Source: Phoronis australis
Taxonomy: Eukaryota; Animalia; Phoronida
NCBI GenBank assembly: GCA_002633005.1
Contig: NMRA01000753.1
Coordinates: forward strand, 102,894 to 166,893
Length of the DNA stretch: 64,000 nt
Reading direction: 5' to 3'
Below, one piece after another: positions 1 to 14,423 of this stretch. Under the pieces are notes generated by a model. It made no database searches and was not told where the DNA came from. It worked only from the letters and a program-made list of their open reading frames with translations. Numbering within the stretch: the stretch's first letter is position 1; the number at the start of each line of letters is the position of its first letter. A program made the translations under genes and the position numbers.

Positions 1-2398
1 CATGATGCGGTATATTTTAGATCATATTTTCAAATAGAAAAAGTCACGTGCTGCTAGGCCGTGCGTGGTCTTTCCTTTTCCCCAGCGTCACCTGAACCCC
101 GCTGAAACGGACCAGTATCCTTTTTCTGCAGTGTCACATGAAGCCAGCCCAATGGATCAGGATCCTTCGAGCTTTCGTTAATCAGTGATGCGCACGTTTT
201 AAAGATTAGTCAGATCAGAACCAATGATGCTACTTTTGGCTTGTAACTTGATTTCTAACGCTGAACCTGCTTGTGAGGGGCAAAGACTTGGTTTTGGTCT
301 CCGAGGTCATCTCGCGTGTTTTGTTGTACACAGGAGAATTAACGAATTCGGAATAAATCACAAATTTTTATACGAATCACTGAACAAAAATGGCCAGACG
401 TTAGATCACAATTTGCCTGGTCGCATCTTCAACCAATCACATTAAAACAGCAAAATAACCCAAGAAGTGGATATCTTTCGTAAGAAACTGCCTGTCGATA
501 GTTTTGATAGTGTGCGATACCGTGACGTGATTACATGACATGACAGAGTTTTTAAAAACCTAATGGATCATAACTTTTAATGATTTCATTTTTATTTCGA
601 CCCCAACCACACAAATAATGATTAAACTGATAAAATTGTCACGTGTTTTAGTCGAAAGCGTGTAGATATAGCTCAGTTGGTGCGAGATCTCTTACAGCCA
701 GCCGTGGGAATGAAAGCTTGTTCAGCACAACGTTCATTGAGAACATTTAAAACAGCCTGTATTGCAGAGACAAGCTTTTATCTTGTGTTATTATTGACAA
801 TATGCAATATCCTTGGACTTGAAAAGTAGTCATTGTTAGTGCGGTCATTTTGTCTTGTCGACTGGCCTAGTTTTCATAAAGCACTTCACAATTCATATCT
901 AAGACGGTATACTGCTCTTCTGCTAGATTGAATAACGGGAAATTCTTATGTGAGTGAATCTGTTAAAATAAACAGATGATCAAGTGTAAATTTTTAGTCA
1001 AATAAACCTTTAAACTCTTTAATGTTCCCCGGTTACGGCTCATTTAGTAATGTGTTCGTAACCTCGCGAAATAGTCTTCCACATTTGTTTTCCACATTTG
1101 TTCTCATTCTGAAGGTCGTCTGTTGAGTCATTTCAAAATTACGCTTTCCCTTTTATAAGACGTGTTCCTATTTAAAAAAATATTCACGAGCTGCATGAAG
1201 TGTCCAAAGAAACGCATTTTCGAAGCTTCTGGATGCGCATTATTTTATGTTTTTCTGTCAATGTTTGAAAAATACAAGACGAATTGGGTGCTCCGTAACT
1301 GTAACACCGACTACGATTTAATGCTTGCAAGAGAAGCTGCCGTTACTTATTATTCGGAAAATGATGATAAAGGTAATGCTATAATGCCAACATAAAACAC
1401 CTCCTAATGATCACTTGGTATTACCTGATGATCACTTAGCGTCTGTCACCTCCTGGCGTTAGTCACCATCACAATGGCACGTTGCGGTCGATACTTTACC
1501 ATTTGTGAACTCATAAAACGGGTTAAACATCTCTTACAGCGTCTTACACCTTCTTATTTGATGAGGGTATTGGTAACGAAGAAGGTCGAGGTGTACTCGG
1601 CCTTCACGAACGAGGAAAAGAAATTTGTTTTAAATTAAACAGATGGAAAGGTGAACTTGTCACTTTACATTTGAACGACGTAACTGTAAACTCCGATAGA
1701 CAAGTTCAGGTCAGTCCGGTTTGTCTGACTCTTGTACCCAAACTATTTAAAATAAATTCGATAAAAATGAAAACAAATAAAAATATTTGAAATGATCGCC
1801 AACGTTGACACCAGGTGTGTGTGACACTTAGTACCTGGTCACTGGCAACTGTTCCAGAAAGAAGTTCGGTTTTCCATTACGCTCACATTAAATGCCTCCA
1901 GCAATAAGGTTGCGACGTGGAGTACTTATTACAAAGTGATAACTGATTCTGTAAAATAAGGTCAATGGTTACTATTGAATTCGTCATCACTGGTCAGTAT
2001 AAACCGGAAGTGGGCCTCAGGGCTCTACAATTGTGGTTCGTCTGATAGATAAAATCAGGCGCCTTCTGCAGACTCCTGTCCAACTGAGAAGATTCCATCC
2101 AAACTCATTGCGCACTCCCATAGATGGTGTATATATTTTTGCATGGACAGGTTCCATGCAAAGTGTGCCTTTTCCGACTGAATTCTTTATGAACATGTTT
2201 GGAGTGACGGAAACAATTGTTGACCTTTATCGAATATAGTCCACGAAAGCCTGTCTCGGGGTCTATCACAATTTTCCAACAGCACATCCCTGTTTAATTA
2301 TAGTTCACTTCTCATCGGGAGGAAAACTGAGTAGTTCGTGTTTCCTTAACTGTTTGTTTCAATGCAGGTTTTTGTTTACGTGTAAATTATTTTTGCAG

Positions 2399-2558
2399 GA
2401 GCAAAAGAAGTGTCGTTACCGCTTTAGCCTGATAATCGACGAACTGCGAAATGCAGAGAATATTTATTATAAGACGACGTTGCTGGCATTTATCAACTGT
2501 ATCATTATATCTACTGTAAAGTTGGAAGAAAGGGTCAGAGTTCGAAATGAATTCATAG
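2399..2558 (+). CDS. INF2: Inverted formin (INF2/FHDC1 family), first exon in window; DID/FH3 region (gene begins upstream of window)
   Basis: ttttgcag|GAG...ATAG|gtaag; encodes EQKKCRYRFSLIIDELRNAENIYYKTTLLAFINCIIISTVKLEERVRVRNEFI, matching the formin DID (YRFS..ELR, INxII, RxxxRNEFIG); 160 bp, ends phase 1. Confidence 0.92.
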
Positions 2559-3769
2559 GTAAGTTATAGTTTCGCAACTATGGCGCGATAGGGATGACTT
2601 TACTAACTTCATTTGAAAAGAGTTCTTTGTTTACCAGGTACAGCGGCACATCGTTTTCACCTGCGCGCGCATTTCTTTAATTTCCGAGAGGCTTCCTTAG
2701 CAAGTGCTATCGACGACGATAAGGAGGGCTTCACATGCACAGTGTTTCAATGGTTTAAATATAATATCTGATTACAGTTAATCAAGACCTGAACATTCAC
2801 TTAAATTTGTACAAACACCGATAAGTCGGAACCATCTGCATATCACTGACTGATATATCCACAGTGACGTTGCAAATGATAAAATTGGGCGAGGCTTGAG
2901 AATAATTGGATCTCGTGTACTTCAAAGACAAATGCGGCCTTGTGATAGTGGAAATTCTTGCTGTCTTTTCTCACTATGGCTTAATTTGGTTAAAATCGTG
3001 TAATTTAACTATATCGCGTTGAACATAACCTATATGTTGGCTACTGCTGCAACAGATTTACCTTTGACGATAAAGTACACGTAATTTATGGAAAAATTAT
3101 TGCGAGTCACTATTATTGGAATGTAATAGCACTGGTTTGATGGAAAAATGTTTTTGTGCAAATCACGGTAACCGTTGATTTTTACAAAACCTGTCGTGAT
3201 TTTTTGTCTGTGCCAAAAGAATTAAGTCAGTCAGTCACTAGAGGCCATTACTGGCGATATTAGGACCTACGCTGTTTTACATGCGTGTTTAAAGCAGCCA
3301 TTGTTATTTAGCCATTCTGCACCAAACTGCACGTAGTCCATAATGACGGTGTATAACACAATGTGACAGGTAATTGCAATTCAACGGGGTTATAAGCAAT
3401 CTATGTCAAAACTGCAGTGCTTTAGAAATCAACAATGGTGTAACTGTTTATAATAACAGTGTATCACATGGTCATTTTTATGTGAGAAAATAGATACCAT
3501 ATTTGCCAGGGGTAAGAATTTAGTTTTATACTTTGTGTTAGTTTCAGTGGGAACGCACAATGAACCCAAATCGTGGCTGAAATGTCGAGGTCTTCCTAAC
3601 CACATTTCAATTACTCAACACGTTAGACCTTTGCGATAGAGCACTCAACACCTTTAGTGCAAAATCATGCCTACTGCTTAACACCCATCACATTTTTTTC
3701 TGAATGAGCGAGTATAACATCATGAACCAAGCCAGTAGTACCGCAAAACAGGCAGATGACATTTAGTTT

Positions 3770-4100
3770 TCATCAGCGTCACCCTCATATCGTCATTGTC
3801 AGTATTTTCACAATCGTCTTAGTTGTCATTTACATCATCATCACCATCACCACAATCATCATCGTCATCACCATCATCATCACTATCACCCTCAGCATCA
3901 TTATCGTCACACCATCACTATCATCACCATCACCACAATCTATCACCACCACCATCGTCATCATCAACACCACCATCACCACCTCCGTCATCACTGTCCT
4001 CATTATCATCGCTATCATCATCATGATCACACCATCACCTTCATCACCACCATCATCACAGTCATCACCATCGCCAACAACAGTCACAGCCACCCTTGCC
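3770..4100. repeat. Degenerate (CAT/CAC)n trinucleotide microsatellite
   Basis: catcatcaccatcaccacaatcatcatc...; explains the spurious poly-I/T, poly-S and poly-M ORFs. Confidence 0.9.
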
Positions 4101-7100
4101 TACGCCTTTCCGTATTGCCGTCCTCAACCTTTGTAACATTCCCGACACCTGTGTATGGTCGTCAACATAATAATCATCCTCGTTATCGGCCCGGCTTCTC
4201 AACAACTGTTGCAGTACTAGCGCCATCAATCGCTGAAACGTCACATTGTTAGCCACAGACAAATCAGGCCTTGTTCAATTTGTGGAGACATACCTGTTAT
4301 GTATTATGTATTATAACACGGAATTGAAAAGGTTGAGACTACAGTCGTGTGTGTATAAGGAAGCCAAGAAAACTTAGATCCGATTAATGTGTTCCTGGCC
4401 ATTCATGGCCAGTGTACAGAACGCGAGTCTGTGTTTAACCATCTGTTTGTCAACGACTAGTTCTACTTGAGAACAGAAATGGACTATTCCCTAAGTACAT
4501 GGCTACCATCAATATTAGTCCATCTCTAAGCACTTACGGTTCATGGGTCATCCGGCGGTTTGCAAAAAGAAATGTGAAACTGTGGCGCGAATGTAAGAAT
4601 ATGTTGCCTTGTCTACCTGTCAGTCAAGTTTTCGTAATTTGATCCTTGAAACGTGCATGAACTTGACAGTCAAACATAATTGTATTGAGGCCCCTGTACC
4701 TCAATTCCCATAATAGTTAGGACTTCCATCTTACCTTGAGTGGTATACAACAATACTAGAACAGTGTATCCTTATTTCAACTAAATTAAAATATTACGGT
4801 CAGCGGATTGTCAAGACAACGACTGACGAATTGTGTGTATGTTGACTGCATTGAATATTTTAACTTCTTAAAACTAGTAATTCGTGCTACAGGTGTAGTA
4901 GTGGTAGTAACAATCTTTATTTAAAAGTCGGTGTAAGCCTACATTGAGGTGTTTCGGAAAATTTCACTGTTTTACAGCTTCAAAATGACTAAATCGACCC
5001 TGCATGAAGCACACATAGTTCCTAGCGTCATAAAATGGGCAAAAGTTTTAACTAAATACAGATTTAGCTCATTGCTTTGACAATCTCAGTCGGCATTGGC
5101 TACTAAACGTTTGCAAAAATTGGGGGAAATGCCACTTGGTGTAGCCTCGTGACTAACAAGTTAGAGTCGGGCTACTCAGAACGCCGAGGTTCTCAATATA
5201 TAGGCCCTGTCGAACTAATGTCCACCCCTCCCCCGAAGGCAACTTAGGATGCTTCCACACAGATATTATTGACTAACGGCTGGCTACACACAAATCATTG
5301 ATAACCCTGGCAGTAGACTTGGTTCTACTCAGCAATAAAAAGACGTCTATCGTCCAATGTTCCACTGGTCATTTGTTTCTTTCCTGCCAGTCATGCAAAA
5401 CGTTACCTGTTTCAAGAAGTCCAAAAAATCACAGATCTTCAGCGTAAAAATCGTTGAGGCTATAAAATCCCTTTTCCCGGATGCTTGAACAACGGTGACG
5501 AATGGATGTCCACGCGATTTCGTTGGCAGCAAAATTTCGATAATTAAATTGCACAATATTATTAGTTAGCGATAGGCCTGTGTGCATGTATTAATAGCGA
5601 TAAGACTGCACCTTTTTCAACGATACAAGCGATATTTGAAGTGCTCTGTTGTAGCACCGCGGGTTACGCAAAACTAAGGAGTAGCTCCATTCAGTTCCAT
5701 GTTGACTCCTAAATGTTTCCGACATATATCTCATTCCCTTAATTGAACACTTCAGATTCAGTGTGTGTGTTTCTTTTGAGAGGTGCCTTCGGGTGCAATA
5801 TTTCGTATAATCGAAATTGAACACTGTTAAATAGCAGGTGTTTGCAGGATTTAATGTTGCCATATTACCCGCACAATATGTGGGAGAGAAATATACAAAT
5901 ATTTGTCCACTGTCATTGACCGCCAGGGGCTACTAGGTGTTTGGTCAAGATTTAAAACTGACGTCTGGCAACTTGTGGTTTGTAAAGGTGTTCTGACAGG
6001 TGAATCAAACATATGTTGACTGGAACATTGTCAAAGGACATTATCAATGAGCCCACCATTGTTGTAAGCACACTGATAAAATTTAACTTCGTGGCATTGA
6101 GTTAAAGACGGGGGTCACTAAACGTTGGTGGAAATGTGCTGGACATACATAGATAAATGCTAAGGATAAATCGTTACCTATAACGTGTCCATCGGCCATC
6201 ATGTTGCCGTCACAGATTGTCACGAGTGTTGGCCATGCAGTCGCCTTTTGAAAATTAGAAAATGATAGCTCAATTAATTTCAAGAATGATCGCCATAAAA
6301 TTCTTTACAATTCTTACTTAATGGTGCGCATCAATTGTTACCAGTTGATTTTGTGGGAATTTGGCGGTACGTTCTTTGCTCAAGAAGCGCTTTATTCGTA
6401 CTTGCCACAAGAAACATGGTAGAGGTTCACTCATCGTTCTATTTGTTTTTCCTTTATCATCTGTGCACGTATGAACTTTTGAATGTATGTTGTAGCACCC
6501 CAGACGCCTGGTAAATTTGGCAATTTTTGATTCTTTCAAAAAATGCAGCTCTGTCCCAAATCACAAAAATGGATCACGAAATGCCTCCAGAGTTTCAATA
6601 CAGATGAACTGTCACGTGACCGAATGCATGGCCCAGCAAGACTGGCTGGCTTCCACTTGGAAGTGAGGCTTGCGCGCACATCTCAACCTCGGGCAAATTG
6701 CGTATTACAACTGAACTAAATATCTACCTTTGACAAGGCTCAACATAATAACGGTCCTTCATTGCCCTGCCACTGTAAAGTTAAATGCATTAATATACGA
6801 GACTACTTATCGGCTTAGCGACTGTTATTTTGTATTTCTGCAATGATATTAAATAACGAGTCTCCAACTCACTGTGGCTCTTTCCGAAATAAGAATTCAT
6901 TTTGCATGATTAATGTGTAAAGATTTGTGATGTGAGCTACTGACCGCTAAAAATTCTCAATCAGAAATGCAGGCTGTAACGTTTTTCTGAAATTTGTGAC
7001 GATCGTGTGTCTATATGCTCGTCATAACACCGGTATATCACTTATTAACTGTTAATTGTGAATTCTAAAGGGTTTATTTGGTGTCATGAATGAGCAGCTC

Positions 7101-7621
7101 TTGTGATAAACATCGCGTAAGGATTAAGTTACTCAGTTGCACTTAACGCCTCTAGACGTGTATAGAGACCTCTTGTATCGTATTGCAGAGACTAAAAGCC
7201 TGTCAAAGACACTCTTTTATTAAAGTCACCTAACACCAACTATAAAACAATATAGGGCGGATTCAGTATGCACAAACTGTCTCAGTTTCATTCCGCTTTT
7301 AATAAACCGAGGTACCACGCATTCGGTACTTTGAGTGTTGCCAAAATCGACATTACAAACTACCTACATGCTCCTCTGATTCGTTAATGTTTTTGGTACT
7401 GTACACAATTGACGTTGAGACCACCTGATTTGCGTTGATATGTTAAAGATTTGCCAGGTTTACTCAATTAACACTGTGAGACATTTTGTTAACTACTGTC
7501 TCTGGATGACCTTTTAATAAATGGACATTCGAGTTGCACTTATTATGGTTGAAGTTTATAAAAAACTTGGTTTGATTTCTGTCCCGCTGTTTTCACCATT
7601 CCTTTTATTTTGTATTTTCAG

Positions 7622-7655
7622 GGCTTAAATTACTCGAAGTATTAAATGGATTGAG
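7622..7655 (+). CDS. INF2: Inverted formin 34-bp microexon (DID)
   Basis: tttattttgtattttcag|GGCTTAAATTACTCGAAGTATTAAATGGATTGAG|gtaag; phase 1 in, phase 2 out, joining flanking exons as EFI-GLKLLEVLNGLR-KEEE, like INF2 EFIGLQLLDVLARLR. Confidence 0.9.
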
Positions 7656-10600
7656 GTAAGAAACTTTATCTTTAAAGTGATTCATTTGACATTGCTGTAG
7701 TGTCCAGAACATTCGAAGGACTGTAAACTCACAATTTCAGGTATTTTTTTTCTTACCCGCGACATTCCACGACCCTCTTCCGTAGAAAAAGTTAAATGTA
7801 CACATGCGACATTTAACTAAAAGGTTCCAGTTAGATTACATGACCTCGTTTCCGCAAAAACACTGTGCACGTTTTTACACGATAAGTTTATGCATCCGCG
7901 AGTACTTTTGTTTGCGGAGTTGGTCCAGGCGTTTAACTGGGCCCAAACTGAGCAACGTTAGAAAACACACTAACAGGACAGTAAGTTTGTTTTCATCCCA
8001 AATCACTGAAGGGTGATTTATGCCCGCAATCACTTGAGGACGTGTGCAGCTATAATTTAGGTACAATACTTTGGGTACATGCCTCTACAGTCTGGTATAG
8101 TTACACTCAATGTTGGATTCTTAACAAAGCTAGCTAGACTAACTGTCTGCAAGCATGTGTATCAAAATATCGCAACTAAAACACCCTCAGGCATGACCCT
8201 TTTCATCGTCATGCTTACGTAAACACAAAAAGTTTTCTCTGTGCGTTCCAATGGGGTCAAAGGTTATAGACAATACTAAAATGTTTCTGTTCCATCTACT
8301 GGCATAGCTTAGTAAACTGAACCTGGCATATTGTTTGGAACAAACCGGTAATAAAAAGCTACCTACCGACGAGACGGGCTTCATATTTGTCGTGAAAATA
8401 GGAATCAGATTTCTACTAAAGTGGAATATCTAAACCATAGCAACAAGCCGAGCAGTAAATCAAAAATGTTATTATCGGAAAATTCAAATGCCAGTTAATT
8501 ATGGAATATCGTTCTACAAGTTCTGCTTGACGCACTGGGTGAGAAAACACATAGAAACACTTGTATGAAATCATAATTGACAAGAGCTTGGTAATGTTTT
8601 ACTTGACATACATCTCTTTGATTATGTGCTTTTAAACCATGTTTCTCGTGTTTGTTATTTTTTGGTATTTTTAATTGAAATTTAGTATAAAATTTTTAGC
8701 AAATTTAGCTACATTTTAGTTCAATCTGTCGCTCAGGTCATTCTTATTTTTAGTTTTATGGCTTGAGTCACGATCTGTTGCGTGCGTGTAAACACATGTT
8801 AAAAGCTATGAAACTTGATCTCGAGTTATGATGACCTATTGGTCTGCAGTTTATGAACAAGACATAAACGTTTACAAAATGTTCTTTCATTATCTAATAG
8901 CTTTTCGCTTAGGGTCTTGGTGTCAACCTGTCAGCTCGCTTTTGTTAATTGTAGCAAGGTGTTAGTTTTGACAAGTTTTCCATTCTGACTCACGCGCGCC
9001 TGCTATTGGACCATTGTTGAACTCTTAAAGAGAATAAAAGACCAGATCCTTTACATTACTTGGCATTTTGTTCCGTGAAAAATGCAAACACTGGCCTCTT
9101 ACACTTCGTCTAACTCGGCGTAAAATATTAATTTGCGCCACTATTTGTGTTAAATAAAGGCACGTCTAAAACCGCACTTGTACTGCGTAGCTGAGGAATT
9201 CATAGCAATGACAATTACAACCAAAAATGATTACACACATTATGTTACTCAATGCATTATTGAAGCTTATCGCCACCTATCCTTGCTCGTATACAATGTA
9301 TAAAGTGTACAATAACCTACATTACCGTCTTGAATGAACTTTCCTGAGCTTATCCGACGATCTTTATTGATAGCTGATCCCCATTTTTGCATTACAAATG
9401 AATCGATTATACAACATATCAATTGTTGTTATGAAGAAACATTGATAATTTTAGCGTGAATAGTTCCCAGGATAACACAGGAGTAATTCAAATTGTGTGG
9501 GGCTCTCAATATATTCTTAATACCTACAGTAGTATTCTTGAACGGGTGACAACTTGGCTAATGCCTATTGTTGTGAGGACAATTACAGCGAGGTCATAAA
9601 CGCACAATTAAGGCAATGTTACCATTAAAAGGTATTTTCAGGGCAAAGCAAAATTCCTGGGACCAGGTGACAATCGATTCAAATGCAGTTTAATCAAGGC
9701 CAGGTCGTCATAGGGCTTCATACACAGCCCAGCTGATTATTGTGGGACGACGGTGCTTGAAAGCTGTCTACTTGAAATTTGCTTCCTGGTCGTTATTTCA
9801 CTTCATACCTACTCGGTCAACTCTTCCCATCTACTCACTCTTGTGTATAATGGCTCAGGCTCCAAACCTCCTTGTCACTTGAGGCTAAAATTGTTTCCTT
9901 CTTTTCCAACATTTTTGTTTCAAGCGAGACATTCTGAAACGCGTAGTGAAGACGCTGGACACCTTTAGAAATCATGGATGTTAAAAGCAATCGAGTGTGT
10001 AGGCGCAGGTCAGTTTAACGTTAGGGAATGACATGACCTGTAGTTACACGGTCAAACATTAAAAAAATTCTAATTTTTAAGAGCGAAGTAAAAAGGTATG
10101 TGCATTCGTAGACGTGGTCTTTTGTGCTCCGACAGAGATACGTTTAGCGATGACAAAACAGATGACGAACGCGTTATGTTAATGGTAATGTGTAAACAAT
10201 TTCGTTTTACAACTTTAATTGCAGAAAAGAAGACACAACGGAATTCTTTTCATACCCTTTCTCTAAATATGACAAACAATAGTTCACTGACATTTTATAA
10301 ATTTCTAAAGTAAGCACCGTAACGCGCTAAGAGCCGTTTTCCCCGTCACATCATCTTTAGCATTAAGCTGTACACGTAACTGTTTGCAGTTACACACGCC
10401 TACGCCATCACAGTAATACCTTCAGTGCTTTGGCTCTCGTTTTATACACTCATGGGACTTTCTATTTTTTAGTGCAACGTTCACATAGCATTCTAAGCTC
10501 CCGTGTATGGACGCAGCGAGCGTTCTAAAACATATTGTAATCAAAATAGTCGGCCCAACACATTACACACCGCATTAGGCTATGGATTCAATCACGATCG

Positions 10601-10847
10601 TTTGGCCGGTGATTGTGTTTTCGATGGTTACACGCCTCATTAGAATCTGCCAAAACAAACGGTGCGAATAATTTAGTTTACTCACAATTCAATTCAAGCT
10701 CACATTCTAAAGCAAATGATTTGTTATGCTCAACTCTCAGACGTCAGAAAGTATCGTAAATTTCGAAGGGACACACGGATAGTTTTTGCGCTTACATTTC
10801 AAAAGACCAGCTCATGCGAGTACGCGGAAACATTGTCTGGTCGCACA

Positions 10848-11200
10848 AGTCTGTTGGGCAGATGCGTGAACACTCCTGTGTGACTGATTTATCATTTGGA
10901 CCATTCCTGTGTTAGTCCCTGCCCTCTGTTGAACAGATCTGGTGGACAGACGTATGGATCACTCGTGTGTGTCGATAGACTCCCCTCTGTTGGACAGATA
11001 TACGGATCACTCCTGTGTGTCGACAAACTACCGCTTTTGTTGGATAGATGTATGGATCTCTCCTGTGTGTCGATAGACGCCCCCTGTGTTGGGCAGATGT
11101 ATGGATCACTCCTGTGTGTCGATACAACCGACAGTTGGACTGATGGACAGAAGCATGGAGCACTCCTGTGTGTCGATAAACTGTCCTTCTGTTGGGAGAC
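10848..11200. repeat. Minisatellite, ~45-55-bp diverged unit, ~6-7 copies
   Basis: recurring ctgttggacagatgtatggatcactcctgtgtgtcgatagac-like unit. Confidence 0.85.
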
Positions 11201-11524
11201 ACACCTTTAACATTGTTAGATGCAGTAGTCGTCTCTTTACACTATGAAAACATATGGTACACATTTAGGGACTCTAATGTAAAATTTTGTTTTTTAAGTT
11301 TGTCTCCAGGATTTCCATTGTCATAAAAAGGCGACTGGCGCCAAGTGTACCATATCCTACTTCATACTACGAGATGTTTACATTAAAAGTGATAATTTAC
11401 CAATGACACGACTAAATGGTAATATACATTGGTAATCAGTGTAAGTATAAAGACTTCACAAAAACGATGTCATTTTCTTCATTTTGTTTTTACAAGGCGC
11501 TAGTCAAAGCGGCTACACGTTCTT

Positions 11525-11817
11525 CCGTCAAAGAAGTTCATTTTAATTTAGACCACTTACCTCTATGAAACTGGTATCAACTTTCTTCTAACTTCACTGA
11601 GAAGTGGTTGATTTCAAAAACTGACAGTTCGTCGGTGCTCGAGACCATGCTTTAGGCATAAGATGACCCGCCATGACATGCCAGCTTTTAGAGGTTGGCC
11701 TGAAGCATCGACGAACTGTCAAATCTTTCCAGGTCCAATGACCATCTAAAATTTGAACAAGGAATTATGTTTAGACCAATATCAGTGGTCTAAATCAAAA
11801 GTTATTTTCTCTGACGG
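11525..11817. mobile_element. MITE/foldback element with long imperfect TIRs (Tc1/mariner-like CCGTC termini)
   Basis: ccgtcaaagaagttcattttaatttagaccact ... agtggtctaaatcaaaagttattttctctgacgg|ta; inner IR tgacagttcgtcggtgct / agcatcgacgaactgtca. Confidence 0.75.
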
Positions 11818-14264
11818 TAGGCGGGTTAATTGCAGCTACGAACTATAGAGTTGTACAGTTTAATTATCGCCTCGCTCAGGATTTTGAAAATTTACTCTCT
11901 TTACATTTTACCCGACTTAAATTGCAAGCAAAGACCCGGATGATCGTTATCATGACAGCTGTTACTCACACGACTATACCGAGTATGTGTTTGGATTGTA
12001 ATGAGAAACCCAACGTTTCCCTTTGTCGACAGTAGCTTTTTCAATTGACTTCCTTTCACAACTAACCACATTCAACACCTTACATTTTACAAAGAATCAT
12101 TTCAAGGATGCACCGCTTGAAATCCTGCACACTGTTACTCAATACAAAACCCATCTTTTTTCTTTGACGGCCGCTTTCATAACTGTCTTGTGTAGAATAC
12201 TTATTTGAAATGACTGTCAACAATGCGCCTACCTTGTACGATAGTTAAAATGGCGGACTCAAGTTTTAGCAACACCTGTGATTAGTTTTGAATCCCTACA
12301 TATCTTGTAAACTTTTGTGGTCTAATGACTAATGATTGTTTTACTGCAACTCACAAATAATCGACTGTTCTCGCTATTGGTTATTGCCAACGTTCTTACG
12401 TAATGCGCTACGCCCTATCTGTTCCCGTTGAAAATGAGTCTGACGATGAGTCGGCCTTCTTCCCTCATCAAGTACCATGCTAGGAAACAATTCCTTTAAC
12501 GCCTTTCCCTGGCCCCTTTTTTCAACAAATAAACAACTTGAAAGTAATGGGATATTTTTATATTTTTCCATGTTGTTGTTTTGACCCTTTTCTAGATCAC
12601 TCAAAAGCTTTCGATCCTATGCTGCGTAGTATGTGGGGGATGGGGGTAAATTCTGATTGTAATCGTGACTGATATTTCTTGATACTCTCGAATCCATTCG
12701 GCACAACAGAGGCACTTGATAGATTGTTGGCAGGAATAGTGAAATAGCCACGGGCTAAACGGTCTGTCCAGTGAAACATGGCAATAAAAACATAGAAGGA
12801 ATAACAGTCCACTACAACAGGTTTTATGAGCCAGTGAACATACAGCTTAAGTAAACACGGTCTTACAGTACCTGCTTAATGAATTTGTGCACAGAGTAGT
12901 ATAAGAGGAGTCGTCCAATGACCATCATTGACCACCAGGGGAATAAGTATGAATGAACAGCTATTTTTACTCTTTAAAATTGGATAGCGGGTTTATTTTT
13001 GTTAACTGAAGCACTTTCACACTTCCACTTCATTTAGAAATATTTTCTATTCATTAAACTTCCGAAAAGAAAACATAAGTGTTGGTAACTTGGACAGTGT
13101 TGAGCAGTGTTGTTGTATGGGGTCGCTGCGTTACATTGTAAGATTATGTTGTTAAGATTTTTAAATTATTTGGTCTCGAAAGAACACGTGCATTTTTTTC
13201 GGGCGGAAAATGATCTATAGTGTCAACTTGAGCTCGACATTCCATGATAACAACTAATTTCAGATTAATTCGCTACATTTGTATGATACTCGCAAAGAAA
13301 ATGTTTGGGGTTTTCAAATAAGTTTTCGTCACTTTAAGTTCTCAACTTTCGGGAAGGTTATAACACAGTTGTCACATTGTGACACATGACAGTAAAATAA
13401 TAAAGAAATCCGGTAACGTTTCATCATGGCAGTCCAAAATTAGAATCAAATGTAGGGTCAAAATAAAGATGGCTCATTTAGCATAACTTTGCCCAATTAA
13501 GCACGTGTTTAAAGACAAAGACAGACTGTGAAAAAAGTAATTAGATAATTGGTGGTGCTAAATGATTGGCTATTTAACTACTCGTATTTATCGCCACAGG
13601 CAACTGTCTCGCTAAATGACTGTCGGGATGCATTGCAAACTGTTCTTCATGCATAATGGATTCAATGAATTGGTTGGCAAATAGCGTAATTAAATGGCGA
13701 AGAGTCAAGTGTCACCGTCAGTAATGAGGAGCAAGCTAGACAACCTTATGGTCAGATAATTGCCTAATCAAACACAAGCTGACGTTTGTATGGACAAGTG
13801 AAAAAAGTGTGAGACAATTCTTTATCAAATAAAATTTTCGCCATGAATGACGATGCCCCATCTGTTGATATTGTTCACATCCATCGTCCATTTTCCAGAG
13901 AACAAAACCACACAATTTCTCGTTGAGATCTCATCAAAGCTTACAGTACCTTCCGCAAAGTGTTATGAGCAAAGTCACGTACCCGATTTACAAGTACAGA
14001 GTTCTGGTTTTTACAGCATCTTTCCCTAGAACAGTGCGTGTTAGAATCACCATTGGTGTGCCTATTTGCACGTTCTGAGGTGTTATAATGTCGTAGATCT
14101 GTTATTAAAAGCACCATTCCCTAAAATGACGTGTACGTACAATAAACGGATAGATTCCGACAGAAGTCTGCCATAGCCTGCCAAACTTGGAAGAAATTGT
14201 TGCCATTATAATTTGGCGGGTTAGTCGAGTTTTGTTGCACGCAAATGGCATTTTTTCAGAATTT

Positions 14265-14423
14265 AATGCGGTATTATTATAATGCGGTAATATTACAATG
14301 CGGTAATATTATAATGCGGTATTATTATAATGCGGTATTATTACAATGCGGTATTATTATAATGCGGTATTATTATAATGCGGTATTATTATGATGCGGT
14401 ATTATTATAATGCGGTATTATTA
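14265..14423. repeat. 16-bp tandem repeat (AATGCGGTATTATTAT) x ~10
   Basis: read directly. Confidence 0.95.

Noticed and set aside
3756-4136. Hydrophobic 126-aa ORF resembling a membrane or mucin protein
   Set aside because: Translation of a (CAT/CAC)n microsatellite
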